Sequence record: PX068456.1
Length of the DNA stretch: 64,000 nucleotides
Origin: a phage
Direction: 5' to 3' (one strand)
Shown here: piece by piece, positions 1 through 8,835 of the stretch
Position numbering within the stretch: the stretch's first letter is position 1
Layout of the letters: each line of letters opens with the position of its first letter
The notes under the pieces: model-generated
What the model saw: only the letters and a program-made list of their open reading frames with translations
Database searches by the model: none
What the model was told of the DNA's origin: nothing
Translations under genes and position numbers: made by a program

Positions 1-1403
1 AACGCGATTTTTAGCGCCCCCCGATTTCTGCCGACCGTCCCCCTCAAATATCAATGAGAATTATTATCATTTGCATTATCATTCAATGACTTATAAGACT
101 TTTGATTATTTTCTAAGCAAGAAAGGCATTACTCACAACAAAACAGATAAATTCTAAGCAAATCAATGGCTTGGCAAGTCTAAACATCTATATACACCTT
201 GCCAAATGAAATGATCCTGCGTGAAATAGTGCCACCCGTGGAAGATAGCTGATAATGATTATCATTTGCATACTTTCTATACTATAAAACGCCCTAAAAA
301 TCAAAATAATTCTGATTTATTGCGCTTTTAAGAAAGTAGGCTCAACAAATAAGGAGGTACATTGCAACAAATAGGGATATTATTGGGGCAATAGTATGAA
401 AAACCATCTATTCATATATAAATAATTTTGCGCAATAGTGTTAATATTTTTCTTGTCAAGAAAGATTTCTTTGTGTTCACATAGCGCCCCCTGGAAGGTG
501 GCGCATTATGATCATCAGGGTCATTATTCACTATGTTTATTATTGGATAGCTTATATTATAGCCAATGTTCCAAACATTAGCTAATAATAACGCACCGCA
601 ACAATGTAAGGGAATACAATATACCATGTATATTGTTGCGCTTGCAGTTGTTGCAAGCTACATAAGCACAAATAATAACTATCGGTGATGGTTATTATGT
701 GGGGTGTGTAGTTGCGTTATTATTAGCCGCCTATGTGTCCGGCATAGGCTGCTAATGATACGCTTGCGAATTATATTTCTTGTTATAGTTATTGTATGAA
801 ATGATTACGGTATGAAATGATTACTTAGGTAATAGATAGGAAGGTAAAGGTTAGATCATAAATAGATAGGATATGAATTATTTAGTAATGTTACTAACGA
901 TTTAATAGTTACTTTGTGCAATAATTCAATAGATTATAGTTATAGTTTTAAAGGTTAGATAGATTATATTTAGCTTAGTAATGATTTATATTAGTTATTG
1001 TTGTTTAATATAAGGTTATCAATGAGATAGTAACAGTAAGTTATAAATAAAAGTAAGATAATTAGTTTTAATTTAGTTAGATAACTTATTATTTTATAGG
1101 TTAGATGGTCATAAGTTAAGAATGATTATCATTATTGCATTATGCAGTTTATTGCATAAATAATCAGCTATAAATAAGAATGATTATCATTTAAGAGGAA
1201 AGACAAGAAAAAGGCTGTTTTTGCCAGATAGTTGCATGGAGAAATTAAAAATAAGCGGTCTAAAACACGTTGTAAGCGCCTTATGATCTTCATGGTATGG
1301 TTGTTCATCTGCTCCTTGATTAGCTCGATACCGCGATCTATTCACTTTTTTCGGTGAACGTTTTTGATAGGTAAAAGCTATCATCTTTATTGAGGTAAAA
1401 AGA

Positions 1404-1424
1404 AAGGGCGCTTATTGCGCCCTT
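1404..1424 (-). terminator. intrinsic terminator hairpin AAGGGCGC-TTATT-GCGCCCTT
   Basis: inverted repeat followed by T-run on minus strand just downstream of 1439 stop; same hairpin family at 2245 and 5655. Confidence 0.5.
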
Positions 1425-1438
1425 GTATGGAATGTTAT

Positions 1439-1822
1439 TTACTGATAAGCTGGATCGTTTGTTATATCAATCCAATGAGTTAAATTAATTTTATTTTTTG
1501 CTTTCATTTTCTCGATCAACCGTTCGGCTAATGTTTCGGAACGAATATAAACATAATCGCTAAAATCTTGCCCCGTTTCTTCGTCGATCATTTCGCGATA
1601 TTCAATTTTCCCGATAAACGCGTGATTCAGCGCATAAGTTTTACCCGTGTACCAGTTATGTAAATGGATCTCGCATTTATAATCGTCGCTATAACCTTCG
1701 GTTGTTCTAACTTCAACCAAGTCACCTTTGAACACTGATAAGCACCACATAGGATCACGGTCTACAGCGCCGTTAAAATCTTTACCGTTTACAGTAGCCG
1801 CCAGGTTGATGATATTGCTCAT
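1439..1822 (-). CDS. hypothetical small early protein (127 aa)
   Basis: ORF track frame; start moved to internal ATG at 1822 with GAGGA RBS; promoter TTGACA-17-TATTAT upstream at 1863-1897. Confidence 0.5.
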   Translation of the reverse strand: MSNIINLAATVNGKDFNGAVDRDPMWCLSVFKGDLVEVRTTEGYSDDYKCEIHLHNWYTGKTYALNHAFIGKIEYREMIDEETGQDFSDYVYIRSETLAERLIEKMKAKNKINLTHWIDITNDPAYQ

Positions 1823-2244
1823 GGTGATTCCTCGTTTACCGTTTAAAATGATTTGCCCTACGTGATAAATAATAGTGTAAGCGTGATCCGGTGTCAATAG
1901 GTAGAATTGTAAAGATTTGATAGTTTATACCTTTGATGTTTTGTTGTTTAATAGGTATTAGCTATTAATATATAGCGGGATCTTCCGGTGATTATCTTCC
2001 CCTGTCCCCAGGTGCCGCCCGTTCCATAATAATAATCAAAAGCAGAATAAAAGGCAAGATAAAAAGCAAATTATTTCCTATGTGCTTTAAACGCTCTAGA
2101 TAGCTTTATAACGGCTTTTTCATCCTGGTAAGGTGATTAATCATCCCTACCTTGTTTAAGCGGTTATAATCGGTTTTAGGCTGTTTTACGCCACCTTTAC
2201 GCCTATTCTTTACGTGTTGTTTCCATCGTGAAAAAAGAATACAA

Positions 2245-2270
2245 AAAAGGGCGCTTAGTGCGCCCCTTTC
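2245..2270. terminator. bidirectional intrinsic terminator hairpin (GGGCGC stem)
   Basis: AAAAGGGCGCttagtGCGCCCCTTTC flanked by A/T runs, downstream of minus gene ending 2283. Confidence 0.5.
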
Positions 2271-2282
2271 TTTTACCGTGTA

Positions 2283-2672
2283 TTAATATTCATTATAATA
2301 CATCGCTAACTTTTCATCAAAAGCCGATTGACGATCAGCATACTCCCAGAAAATTTCCTGATCCTGTTGTTCGTCATCGTCCATCATATTAAATTGCGCA
2401 ACCTCCTGGTAAGTGATCGCCATATTATAACGATAGGTGATCTCTTCTGCGATGTTTTCCGGTAAAGATGATTCTACACTGTCTAACAGCATATTTAACA
2501 TCATTTCAGCCGCTTTTTCATCATTATCAAAACAGTAAGCAGACCATGCCGCATGATGTTTATTTTTCATCTTTGCAATCAAGCCATTGACTAAAAAAGG
2601 CGCTACGTTGTTAACGATACCCTGTAAAGATTGGAATTTTTCAACGTTAGAAACAGAAACCAGGTTGCGCAT
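2283..2672 (-). CDS. hypothetical small early protein (129 aa)
   Basis: ORF track frame; start at internal ATG 2672 downstream of promoter/hairpin cassette 2696-2756. Confidence 0.5.
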   Translation of the reverse strand: MRNLVSVSNVEKFQSLQGIVNNVAPFLVNGLIAKMKNKHHAAWSAYCFDNDEKAAEMMLNMLLDSVESSLPENIAEEITYRYNMAITYQEVAQFNMMDDDEQQDQEIFWEYADRQSAFDEKLAMYYNEY

Positions 2673-2695
2673 AGTATTTACCTTTTTGATTACCT

Positions 2696-2756
2696 GGCGG
2701 GAAACCATTTCCCGCCCTACGTGGTACACTTTACCAGATAACCGCATATTGTCAAA
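2696..2756 (-). promoter_or_regulatory. promoter + 5'UTR stem-loop cassette (TTGACA-16-TAAAGT, hairpin GGCGGGAAACCATTTCCCGCC)
   Basis: read on minus strand: -35 TTGACA, -10 TAAAGT, then perfect 9-bp-stem hairpin 2696-2716 before RBS. Confidence 0.55.
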
Positions 2757-2951
2757 CTATTTTTTACAAGGGATCAGTAAACTTCTCGCTACTGCTTCAC
2801 GAAAACCTTTACTTTTTATTAGATCTATTGTTGCAGGGTGACAAGTAAAAGCCTTTGACCATTTTTGATCACCTGGTTTACGGGCGAAAATGTATACTTC
2901 CCCGTCAATTTCATCCCAACGAGTATTGCTTGTTAGTTTTTTAAGCGCCAT
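2757..2951 (-). CDS. hypothetical small protein (64 aa)
   Basis: ORF track frame; internal ATG 2951 with AAGAGAAA RBS; cassette 2974-3030 upstream. Confidence 0.4.
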   Translation of the reverse strand: MALKKLTSNTRWDEIDGEVYIFARKPGDQKWSKAFTCHPATIDLIKSKGFREAVARSLLIPCKK

Positions 2952-2973
2952 GATGATTTCTCTTTTAGTTGTG

Positions 2974-3030
2974 AGCGGCACTATTGCCGCCCTACGCAAT
3001 ACATTCTACCCTATTTATAATTATTGTCAA
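2974..3030 (-). promoter_or_regulatory. promoter + stem-loop cassette (hairpin AGCGGCActattGCCGC variant)
   Basis: TTGACA at 3025-3030 (minus), hairpin 2974-2990. Confidence 0.5.
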
Positions 3031-3031
3031 A

Positions 3032-3301
3032 CTATTTTTTCAAGCTCGACCAGTCAAAACACGGCGGGATCTCGTTAAAACTTGTGCCCTGTAAAGCACA
3101 TAATTTTTTAGCAATAGCCGCCGTGACCTGGCGCTGTACGCGCGGATCTGCTACTGATTGGAGAAAGTAGGCGGCTTTATATGTGATCATGCTTTCGCCT
3201 GTTTCCTTGCTAACATGATGCACTATTTTAGCCTTATCATCTTTTACCAGGGTGTAACCGGATTCGATGGCCTTGATTGCAACGTCCAATGATATTTTCA
3301 T
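3032..3301 (-). CDS. hypothetical small protein (89 aa)
   Basis: ORF track; AAGAGATAAATC RBS; hairpin GGCGGGGAATACTCCCCCGCC at 3321-3341 in leader. Confidence 0.5.
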   Translation of the reverse strand: MKISLDVAIKAIESGYTLVKDDKAKIVHHVSKETGESMITYKAAYFLQSVADPRVQRQVTAAIAKKLCALQGTSFNEIPPCFDWSSLKK

Positions 3302-3320
3302 GATTTATCTCTTTATTGAT

Positions 3321-3341
3321 GGCGGGGAATACTCCCCCGCC
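3321..3341 (-). promoter_or_regulatory. 5'UTR stem-loop (GGCGGGGAATACTCCCCCGCC)
   Basis: perfect inverted repeat directly upstream of RBS of 3032..3301. Confidence 0.45.
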
Positions 3342-3348
3342 TTATTAA

Positions 3349-3519
3349 TTACTCTTCATCGTCGCCGTTATAGTATTCAATGCCGTTTTCATCGGTTACG
3401 GTAATATTAACGCCACCGATAGCAACACGATCACGGGCAAACGTCATGGCTTCATTTAAATCTTCAGACCAAAAAATATTGTGACCTTTGCGCGATACGT
3501 AAAACATAGTTGGGATCAT
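3349..3519 (-). CDS. hypothetical small protein (56 aa)
   Basis: ORF track frame; internal ATG 3519 after GAGAAGAGAAAC RBS; cassette upstream. Confidence 0.4.
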   Translation of the reverse strand: MIPTMFYVSRKGHNIFWSEDLNEAMTFARDRVAIGGVNITVTDENGIEYYNGDDEE

Positions 3520-3541
3520 GATTTGTTTCTCTTCTGCTGTG

Positions 3542-3599
3542 AGCGGCACTATTGCCGCCCTATGTGATAAACTTTACTACGTTGTTTGCCTACTGTCAA
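3542..3599 (-). promoter_or_regulatory. promoter + stem-loop cassette (TTGACA-17-TAAAGT, hairpin AGCGGCActattGCCGC)
   Basis: minus-strand reading of 3542-3599. Confidence 0.5.
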
Positions 3600-3600
3600 A

Positions 3601-3885
3601 TTATTTTTTAATGTTTTGCCCTACAAAATTGATCACTTCCTTAAGCTGTTTCTCAGTCATGATCGTGCCTGGTAATTCTTCTTTGATTTCTTGCGGTAAA
3701 TAGATATTACCGCGCCAGGTTAACAAGCAACCATTTTGATCTTTGCAGATAGAATAAGAGAAGATCCACTCATTATCATTCTCAAGCTCCCAAAAGCACA
3801 AAAAATCTTCTTTCCCTAAGTTTTCAACGGTTAAGCATAAGCCGCGACGTGCTGCATAGTTGGAAAGTGCTTTTGTGATCTTCAT
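3601..3885 (-). CDS. hypothetical small protein (94 aa)
   Basis: ORF track; RBS AGAAGAGATAAGAT; cassette 3906-3967 upstream. Confidence 0.5.
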   Translation of the reverse strand: MKITKALSNYAARRGLCLTVENLGKEDFLCFWELENDNEWIFSYSICKDQNGCLLTWRGNIYLPQEIKEELPGTIMTEKQLKEVINFVGQNIKK

Positions 3886-3905
3886 ATCTTATCTCTTCTG
3901 TTAAG

Positions 3906-3967
3906 GCGGGGAAACCATTTCCCCGCTCTATGAGATACAATATATTACTTATCAGGTGTGCTGTCAA
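3906..3967 (-). promoter_or_regulatory. promoter + stem-loop cassette (TTGACA-17-TATATT, hairpin GCGGGGAAACCATTTCCCCGC)
   Basis: minus-strand reading. Confidence 0.55.
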
Positions 3968-4291
3968 TCAATAATCTTTAATATTTTCTACATTTACAAA
4001 AGGGCGTTTATTTTCTAAGTTTTCGCCGTACCATTGCCCCATGTTGATTTCTGCGGTGCGCAACCAGGACATGCCGCGTTCTATCTTTTTGCTCGCAATG
4101 TCGATCCGGCTTTTGCATAGTGCTTTAGCTTGCAATGTAAAAACACTATCGCCCTGTAATGCTTCCAGGTCATCATGTGCAAGGCGATACTCTTTAAAGC
4201 CTGATTCTATCATTTCAATCGCATCAAGTAAACGCGCACGATGATAGAAAAAATCAGAGTTATCCAAATAAACACCGATCACAGATTTCAT
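3968..4291 (-). CDS. hypothetical protein (107 aa)
   Basis: ORF track frame; internal ATG 4291 with AAAGGG RBS; promoter TTGACA at 4357-4362. Confidence 0.45.
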   Translation of the reverse strand: MKSVIGVYLDNSDFFYHRARLLDAIEMIESGFKEYRLAHDDLEALQGDSVFTLQAKALCKSRIDIASKKIERGMSWLRTAEINMGQWYGENLENKRPFVNVENIKDY

Positions 4292-4391
4292 AATTTTACC
4301 CTTTTGTTTGCGGCCTTTGCCGTTTTCAAGATATATTTTAAAGCATAACAAAAAATTGTCAAGCCTTTAAAGCGTACAACTATAAAACCTA

Positions 4392-4511
4392 TTAAAACAC
4401 AATATATAATAACATGGCTATAGTAGCAATACAACATAAAGCCATGCTTGTTTTCCTTCCTTCCTCATATGCTGGATTTATTACGCTATACTGTACGGGA
4501 ATAATTTTCAT
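4392..4511 (-). CDS. tiny hydrophobic peptide (39 aa), putative membrane
   Basis: ATG at 4511 preceded by AAGGAAACAGC; promoter TTGACA-17-TATGCT at 4560-4584; below ORF-track size cutoff. Confidence 0.25.
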   Translation of the reverse strand: MKIIPVQYSVINPAYEEGRKTSMALCCIATIAMLLYIVF

Positions 4512-4620
4512 GCTGTTTCCTTAATGTTTTAAAACGTGGTTTACAATAGAAACAAGCATACAGAAGAAAAAAGATCCTGTCAATAAGATCCCGAAAAATA
4601 AATGTAAATAGGGCATGGTT

Positions 4621-4923
4621 TTACTCCTTAAAAAAATCATTGACAATTAAACTGATAACGCCCAGCACCAGATCACCAGGTAGCGCCGCGCTTTCGTTGT
4701 TGCTTGTTTGCACTTCCTCACTAGTATCAGCATTATAGATCGCATGGTAAGCAATAGTATAATAACCTTTTGTTATTTCTTTAAGATTAATGATTAGCAC
4801 GTTATTTGTTTCATCTTGAAATAATTTAGCGGTGATAGTATTGTTTTCTTTTACACTATCGACTTTTATTGATGGATCATTTACACCAGAAAAAAGAAAA
4901 AACGTTTTAGCTATGCCGTTCAT
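4621..4923 (-). CDS. hypothetical protein (100 aa)
   Basis: ORF track; AAGGAG RBS; promoter TTGACA-18-TAAGAT at 4940-4974. Confidence 0.5.
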   Translation of the reverse strand: MNGIAKTFFLFSGVNDPSIKVDSVKENNTITAKLFQDETNNVLIINLKEITKGYYTIAYHAIYNADTSEEVQTSNNESAALPGDLVLGVISLIVNDFFKE

Positions 4924-4970
4924 GTAGTTCTCCTTTGTTGTGTGTATCTTATAACGTGCTTTCTATATTG

Positions 4971-5372
4971 TCAATCTTTTATCTCGGTACATTTTGCTAG
5001 GGTATACGTTGCAAGTGCTGACACTAGTTTTTCATTGCTACGATCTGCGGCTGTACTGTGTACTTTTTGAATACTTTTTAACCACGGCGTAAAATTTTGA
5101 GTAGTGAGCACACTGGTAATAATTTCACATGGCACATCTTCATTTAAGCCATTAACAATAGATTTATCTATTTTTGCCGTTAATTGTGTAACAGCACCAT
5201 AAGCGATCATGTGTGAATCCTCCATGATTTCATCGGGGATCGCGTTATTAATGATCATGACGTTTTCCATTGCATCAACGGCGCTTAATTCTGCTACTGT
5301 GGAGGATATCGCCGCGCTAGATGTTCCAACCATGCCAAAAGAGATTAAACCAGCGATCAATAATTTTTTCAT
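4971..5372 (-). CDS. putative secreted/periplasmic protein (N-terminal signal peptide MKKLLIAGLISFGMVGTSSAA)
   Basis: ORF track frame; hydrophobic leader with AxA-like cleavage region; start chosen at 5372. Confidence 0.45.
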   Translation of the reverse strand: MKKLLIAGLISFGMVGTSSAAISSTVAELSAVDAMENVMIINNAIPDEIMEDSHMIAYGAVTQLTAKIDKSIVNGLNEDVPCEIITSVLTTQNFTPWLKSIQKVHSTAADRSNEKLVSALATYTLAKCTEIKD

Positions 5373-5380
5373 TTCTTGCC

Positions 5381-5563
5381 TCATATATGTTTTATTGAGA
5401 TTATATTGTCACTATATACAACGTTTTTCAACGTGTCAATAAAAATTTTATTCCCTTCAATCCCCAGGATCACGCCGCTAGTTATAAAGCCATATTGATC
5501 ACGATATCGGGCGCATAACCTTTGCCCCTGGGCTAGTGCCTTGCTTATTTCGTCTAATTTCAT
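5381..5563 (-). CDS. hypothetical small protein (60 aa)
   Basis: ORF track frame; internal ATG 5563 with AGGAG RBS. Confidence 0.35.
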   Translation of the reverse strand: MKLDEISKALAQGQRLCARYRDQYGFITSGVILGIEGNKIFIDTLKNVVYSDNIISIKHI

Positions 5564-5654
5564 TTTTAAAGCTCCTGTAAAGCTGTCTAACGTTGATTTA
5601 TAGGCTTGCCCTGGCGTTACCATTGCCTATGGGTAACAAGCCTCTATATAAGCT

Positions 5655-5680
5655 AAAAGGGCGCTTATTGCGCCCTTTTT
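5655..5680 (-). terminator. intrinsic terminator hairpin AAAAGGGCGCttattGCGCCCTTTTT
   Basis: third copy of GGGCGC hairpin; immediately downstream of small ORF stop at 5682. Confidence 0.5.
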
Positions 5681-5681
5681 G

Positions 5682-5819
5682 TTATCCGTTCCAGTGTCTT
5701 TTAGTGCTGCGATCTCTTTTTGTTTTGTTCCGCTTGTCGCCTTTCTTGGTGATCTCTTCGTTCCAATCTTTACGCGCTTTGTTGCGGTTGAATTTTTCGA
5801 TCTGCTGTGATGCGTTCAT
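5682..5819 (-). CDS. tiny basic protein (45 aa, Lys/Arg-rich)
   Basis: ATG 5819 with GAGAGGAAAAAC RBS, translationally coupled to upstream gene, followed by terminator. Confidence 0.35.
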   Translation of the reverse strand: MNASQQIEKFNRNKARKDWNEEITKKGDKRNKTKRDRSTKRHWNG

Positions 5820-5833
5820 GTTTTTCCTCTCGA

Positions 5834-6193
5834 TTACGCTACGTTATGATATTTTGCCAAAGTTACGATCATGCTTGCAATATATAACCAATAATTTTCC
5901 CGCTCACGGGTAACGGTTGTTTCTTTGCTTGTTTCTTTTATGTACTTCCATTCAATTAACAAGTGATCGATCTCGTTATAATCAAAAGCAATATTGACTT
6001 CTGACGGTAAACCTTGTAACCATGAGGCTATTGCCTTGATCACGTTATAATTGTAACGTTTTTGATTATCGGGATACCAGTATTCAGAATTAAAACGGCG
6101 CATCAGTTCGGTGATTTTTTCTTTTTCGGTTGTAGTACCATCAAAAGAAATAGCCGATAAAATGTAAGTTTTAATTGCTTTTGCTGATTTCAT
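5834..6193 (-). CDS. hypothetical protein (119 aa)
   Basis: ORF track; RBS AAGAGATAAGATT; cassette 6214-6272. Confidence 0.5.
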   Translation of the reverse strand: MKSAKAIKTYILSAISFDGTTTEKEKITELMRRFNSEYWYPDNQKRYNYNVIKAIASWLQGLPSEVNIAFDYNEIDHLLIEWKYIKETSKETTVTRERENYWLYIASMIVTLAKYHNVA

Positions 6194-6213
6194 AATCTTA
6201 TCTCTTTATTGAT

Positions 6214-6272
6214 GGCGGGAAACCATTTCCCGCCGTTGTTGTTACTTTACTTATAAATGATGCTACTGTCAA
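6214..6272 (-). promoter_or_regulatory. promoter + stem-loop cassette (TTGACA-17-TAAAGT, hairpin GGCGGGAAACCATTTCCCGCC)
   Basis: minus-strand reading. Confidence 0.55.
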
Positions 6273-6279
6273 GCGGATA

Positions 6280-6450
6280 TTATTTATTTTTTAACGTTAA
6301 TGTTCCCAGCTTATCAGCGTGACGCAGACCAGGAAAGATCCATTTTCCTGATTCATCTTTCACCGGGGCTTTAAGCGTAGCGCCCAGGTTGGCGGCATTA
6401 ACTTTACGTGCAACGTTGCGAGCGGCTTCACGGGTGGCGAAAGTGATCAT
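6280..6450 (-). CDS. hypothetical small protein (56 aa)
   Basis: hand-translated; ATG 6450 after GAGAAGAGGAAACATC RBS; cassette 6474-6534 upstream; below ORF-track cutoff. Confidence 0.4.
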   Translation of the reverse strand: MITFATREAARNVARKVNAANLGATLKAPVKDESGKWIFPGLRHADKLGTLTLKNK

Positions 6451-6473
6451 GATGTTTCCTCTTCTCTTTGTTA

Positions 6474-6534
6474 GGCGGTGGGCTATTCCACCGCCTTAAT
6501 GAATATAGTTTACTTTATTTTACCAGGTTTGCAA
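6474..6534 (-). promoter_or_regulatory. promoter + stem-loop cassette (TTGCAA-17-TATATT, hairpin GGCGGTGGGCTATTCCACCGCC)
   Basis: minus-strand reading. Confidence 0.45.
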
Positions 6535-6540
6535 GTAGTT

Positions 6541-6756
6541 TTATGAAATAATTGTCAAAGTAAAATCATAATCTTTTGACAGTTTATATTGCACCTTGTT
6601 ACCGTATATGTCACCTTTACGTAAAGATCCACGGATACCGATAACATCCTTCACGTCTTTTAAATTTTTCACGCCTGTAATGTCTTTGTTGAAATACTCG
6701 TCATCTGAAAATAAAACTTGACTTGCATTTTTTAACAGTGTGCGGATATTAACCAT
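6541..6756 (-). CDS. hypothetical small protein (71 aa)
   Basis: ORF track; cassette 6781-6837 upstream. Confidence 0.45.
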   Translation of the reverse strand: MVNIRTLLKNASQVLFSDDEYFNKDITGVKNLKDVKDVIGIRGSLRKGDIYGNKVQYKLSKDYDFTLTIIS

Positions 6757-6780
6757 CGTGATAATCTCTCTTCTGTTATG

Positions 6781-6837
6781 AGCGGCACTATTGCCGCCCT
6801 ACGTAATACAGTTTACTCTTTTTCTTTCCCGTGTCAA
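6781..6837 (-). promoter_or_regulatory. promoter + stem-loop cassette (hairpin AGCGGCActattGCCGC)
   Basis: TTGACA at 6832-6837 (minus), hairpin 6781-6797. Confidence 0.45.
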
Positions 6838-6846
6838 CAATCTTTT

Positions 6847-7074
6847 TCAGATTAATTCATCCAGGCATAACAGACGATCAACATTGAGATCGGTCAGGCT
6901 AATCGTTGGCACCTGGTAGGATTCGATGTACTCAACGCTCGACCATTGCCCAAAGTTAGCGACCGCCCAGCTATTCAAGGAGGAGTGAAGATCATCCCCT
7001 TTCTTCTCGGTGATAACTGCTACTACCTGGGAGATTCCAACCGTGCCGGATACGCGAACAATAACGATAGCCAT
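6847..7074 (-). CDS. hypothetical small protein (75 aa)
   Basis: ORF track; RBS AAAGAAAGG; cassette 7097-7156. Confidence 0.45.
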   Translation of the reverse strand: MAIVIVRVSGTVGISQVVAVITEKKGDDLHSSLNSWAVANFGQWSSVEYIESYQVPTISLTDLNVDRLLCLDELI

Positions 7075-7096
7075 AATGATAACCTTTCTTTCATTT

Positions 7097-7156
7097 GGCG
7101 GGAAACCATTTCCCGCCCTATGTGATAAACTATACCAGATTAAAAAACGTTGTCAA
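7097..7156 (-). promoter_or_regulatory. promoter + stem-loop cassette (TTGACA-16-TATAGT, hairpin GGCGGGAAACCATTTCCCGCC)
   Basis: minus-strand reading; best-matching cassette. Confidence 0.6.
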
Positions 7157-7165
7157 CTGCTTTTA

Positions 7166-7405
7166 TTACATTCCTACCATAGCGGCGCGGATACTGGTTT
7201 TACTGAATTTATAGCCATCTGGCGTAGTATTTTGGCCCATTTCGTTAAGTAGTGACATCATTTCACGCGCGGCGTTATCTTTATTGTTGTTCACGGCTAT
7301 AAATTCTTTTGCCATATTATAAAAACCTGGATCGTTATTAATCCAAAGGCTTACATTCCAATGAGTTTTATTTTTGTGACCGTTGTACATTTTAGATTTA
7401 GCCAT
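7166..7405 (-). CDS. hypothetical small protein (79 aa)
   Basis: ORF track; RBS AAAGAGATTAACATC; cassette 7430-7488. Confidence 0.45.
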   Translation of the reverse strand: MAKSKMYNGHKNKTHWNVSLWINNDPGFYNMAKEFIAVNNNKDNAAREMMSLLNEMGQNTTPDGYKFSKTSIRAAMVGM

Positions 7406-7429
7406 GATGTTAATCTCTTTTTCAGTGAG

Positions 7430-7488
7430 GCGGGAACTATTCCCGCTCTCGATATAAGTATTATATGCTTTTTATTCGTGCTGTCAAT
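7430..7488 (-). promoter_or_regulatory. promoter + stem-loop cassette (hairpin GCGGGAACTATTCCCGC)
   Basis: TTGACA at 7483-7488 (minus). Confidence 0.45.
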
Positions 7489-7493
7489 GCTTT

Positions 7494-7859
7494 TTATAAA
7501 TCTTTTTTACGTTTTACATCGCTTGCATGACTGTATACAGCGATCCCATTGTCACGGCAAAAACGGGAAAGGTAAGCATAATTTGAAAAGTCTTTACCTT
7601 CCAGGTTGATAACCTTGCTAAACTCTTCTAGGGCAACGGTATCAAAATGATCCCCATAGCCATATTGAAACGGAACGTTAACGACTTCAATCAGTTTACC
7701 GCCGATCTCAACGTCAACCATCAAAGAGAAATAAGTATTACCATAAGACTTTTGAAACCAGCGACGGGCGCTAATATGTACCGCTTCAATGCTGGATAGT
7801 TCAATTTTAGCAGTGTTAGCCAGGGTAGCATAAGCAGAAACATTGATATTTTTAGCCAT
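7494..7859 (-). CDS. hypothetical protein (121 aa)
   Basis: ORF track; RBS AAAGAGATTAAAGACT; promoter TTGACA-17-TAATAA at 7885-7935. Confidence 0.5.
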   Translation of the reverse strand: MAKNINVSAYATLANTAKIELSSIEAVHISARRWFQKSYGNTYFSLMVDVEIGGKLIEVVNVPFQYGYGDHFDTVALEEFSKVINLEGKDFSNYAYLSRFCRDNGIAVYSHASDVKRKKDL

Positions 7860-7954
7860 AGTCTTTAATCTCTTTTGATTAGTTAGGAGTATTCCCGATA
7901 AAAGTTATTATGCTTGTACTATCGTTCGTTGTCAATAGCACAAGACTAAAACTT

Positions 7955-8134
7955 TTAACGATAATCATCATATGCTTTATTGACCTGGCGAATATAACAT
8001 TCAAAAGCTAGATCAATAGATTTATATTCACGGATATATTCACCATAGGAAACCACATACATTTCTATAGCTTCCTCATATGCCAGGATGATAGAATCTA
8101 AACCTACGATCTCAGTCTTTGCAATAATAGCCAT
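7955..8134 (-). CDS. hypothetical small protein (59 aa)
   Basis: hand-translated; AAGGAATAAAAGC RBS; consensus promoter TTGACA-17-TATAAT at 8168-8198. Confidence 0.4.
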   Translation of the reverse strand: MAIIAKTEIVGLDSIILAYEEAIEMYVVSYGEYIREYKSIDLAFECYIRQVNKAYDDYR

Positions 8135-8167
8135 GCTTTTATTCCTTAGTAATGTTTCAATCTATAT

Positions 8168-8198
8168 AAGCATTATAGCTTACTGATTTCAGGTGTCA
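8168..8198 (-). promoter_or_regulatory. sigma70-consensus promoter (TTGACA-17-TATAAT)
   Basis: perfect -35 and -10 hexamers on minus strand. Confidence 0.6.
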
Positions 8199-8279
8199 AG
8201 TGATTTTTTATTTCACCTTTGAGGCGTTGCCCCGCTCTATGTGGTATATATTACGGGGCTTGTTTGCATATGTCAAGCC

Positions 8280-8834
8280 TTACACAATGCAATTTTCATA
8301 ATTTTTTAAGGCTTGTCTTTTTTCCTCTTCCGTCGGCATGTATGGCTGGATCTCTTCCTCTTCCAGGGTGGGCATGATTTCTTCCTCTTCCTCCTGGTCG
8401 CCCTGGTCTTCCTCTTGCGCTACTGCAACAAGTTTATTGATCTTCTCCTGGGCTTTAATCAATTTTGCATCTAGCACCATTTTAGCGGTGTTGTATACAG
8501 TCCAGGCCATGCGCTTTTCTTCGTATGCCTTATCTAGTGCGGCTAATTTAGCGGGATACTCTTCCAACACCTTAAAAGCCGGATCAATGCTGTACAAGGG
8601 ATTATTTTTAGCGTCATCGCTTGGATCTGCGGCGCTTGCAATGTCAGCGTTACCATTCGCCAGCCATCCAGGACGAACGGATCGCGTCCTGGTGTTGCCG
8701 TTGCTCTTTGCCGCTCGATTTCCTATCTGCTCCCCGCTATACCCTACCATGTGATCGATCATGTCATCTGGTATTATGCGCGGATCATTTGCGTCATGCT
8801 TTACCCAGGACTGGATCACATATTCACGCCCCAT
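8280..8834 (-). CDS. hypothetical protein with highly acidic Glu-rich C-terminal segment (184 aa)
   Basis: ORF track; RBS AGAAGAGG. Confidence 0.5.
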   Translation of the reverse strand: MGREYVIQSWVKHDANDPRIIPDDMIDHMVGYSGEQIGNRAAKSNGNTRTRSVRPGWLANGNADIASAADPSDDAKNNPLYSIDPAFKVLEEYPAKLAALDKAYEEKRMAWTVYNTAKMVLDAKLIKAQEKINKLVAVAQEEDQGDQEEEEEIMPTLEEEEIQPYMPTEEEKRQALKNYENCIV

Positions 8835-8835
8835 G

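Noticed and set aside
412-627. 71-aa minus-strand ORF from the track
   Set aside because: Lies in AT-rich repeat/promoter-like DNA with no recognisable RBS and odd composition; probably not coding.
1187-1384. 65-aa minus-strand ORF immediately after the 1404 terminator
   Set aside because: No convincing RBS or promoter and it overlaps Fur-box-like repeats; kept out of features.
4521-4616. 31-aa hydrophobic ORF with AAGGAG RBS
   Set aside because: It overlaps the TTGACA promoter that appears to serve the 4392..4511 peptide; too short and ambiguous to list as a feature.
5593-5913. 106-aa plus-strand ORF
   Set aside because: Antisense to well-supported minus-strand genes and reads through a terminator hairpin; likely spurious.
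8338-8754. 138-aa plus-strand ORF with Ser-rich translation
   Set aside because: Entirely antisense to the 184-aa minus gene with its RBS and cassette; low-complexity shadow ORF.
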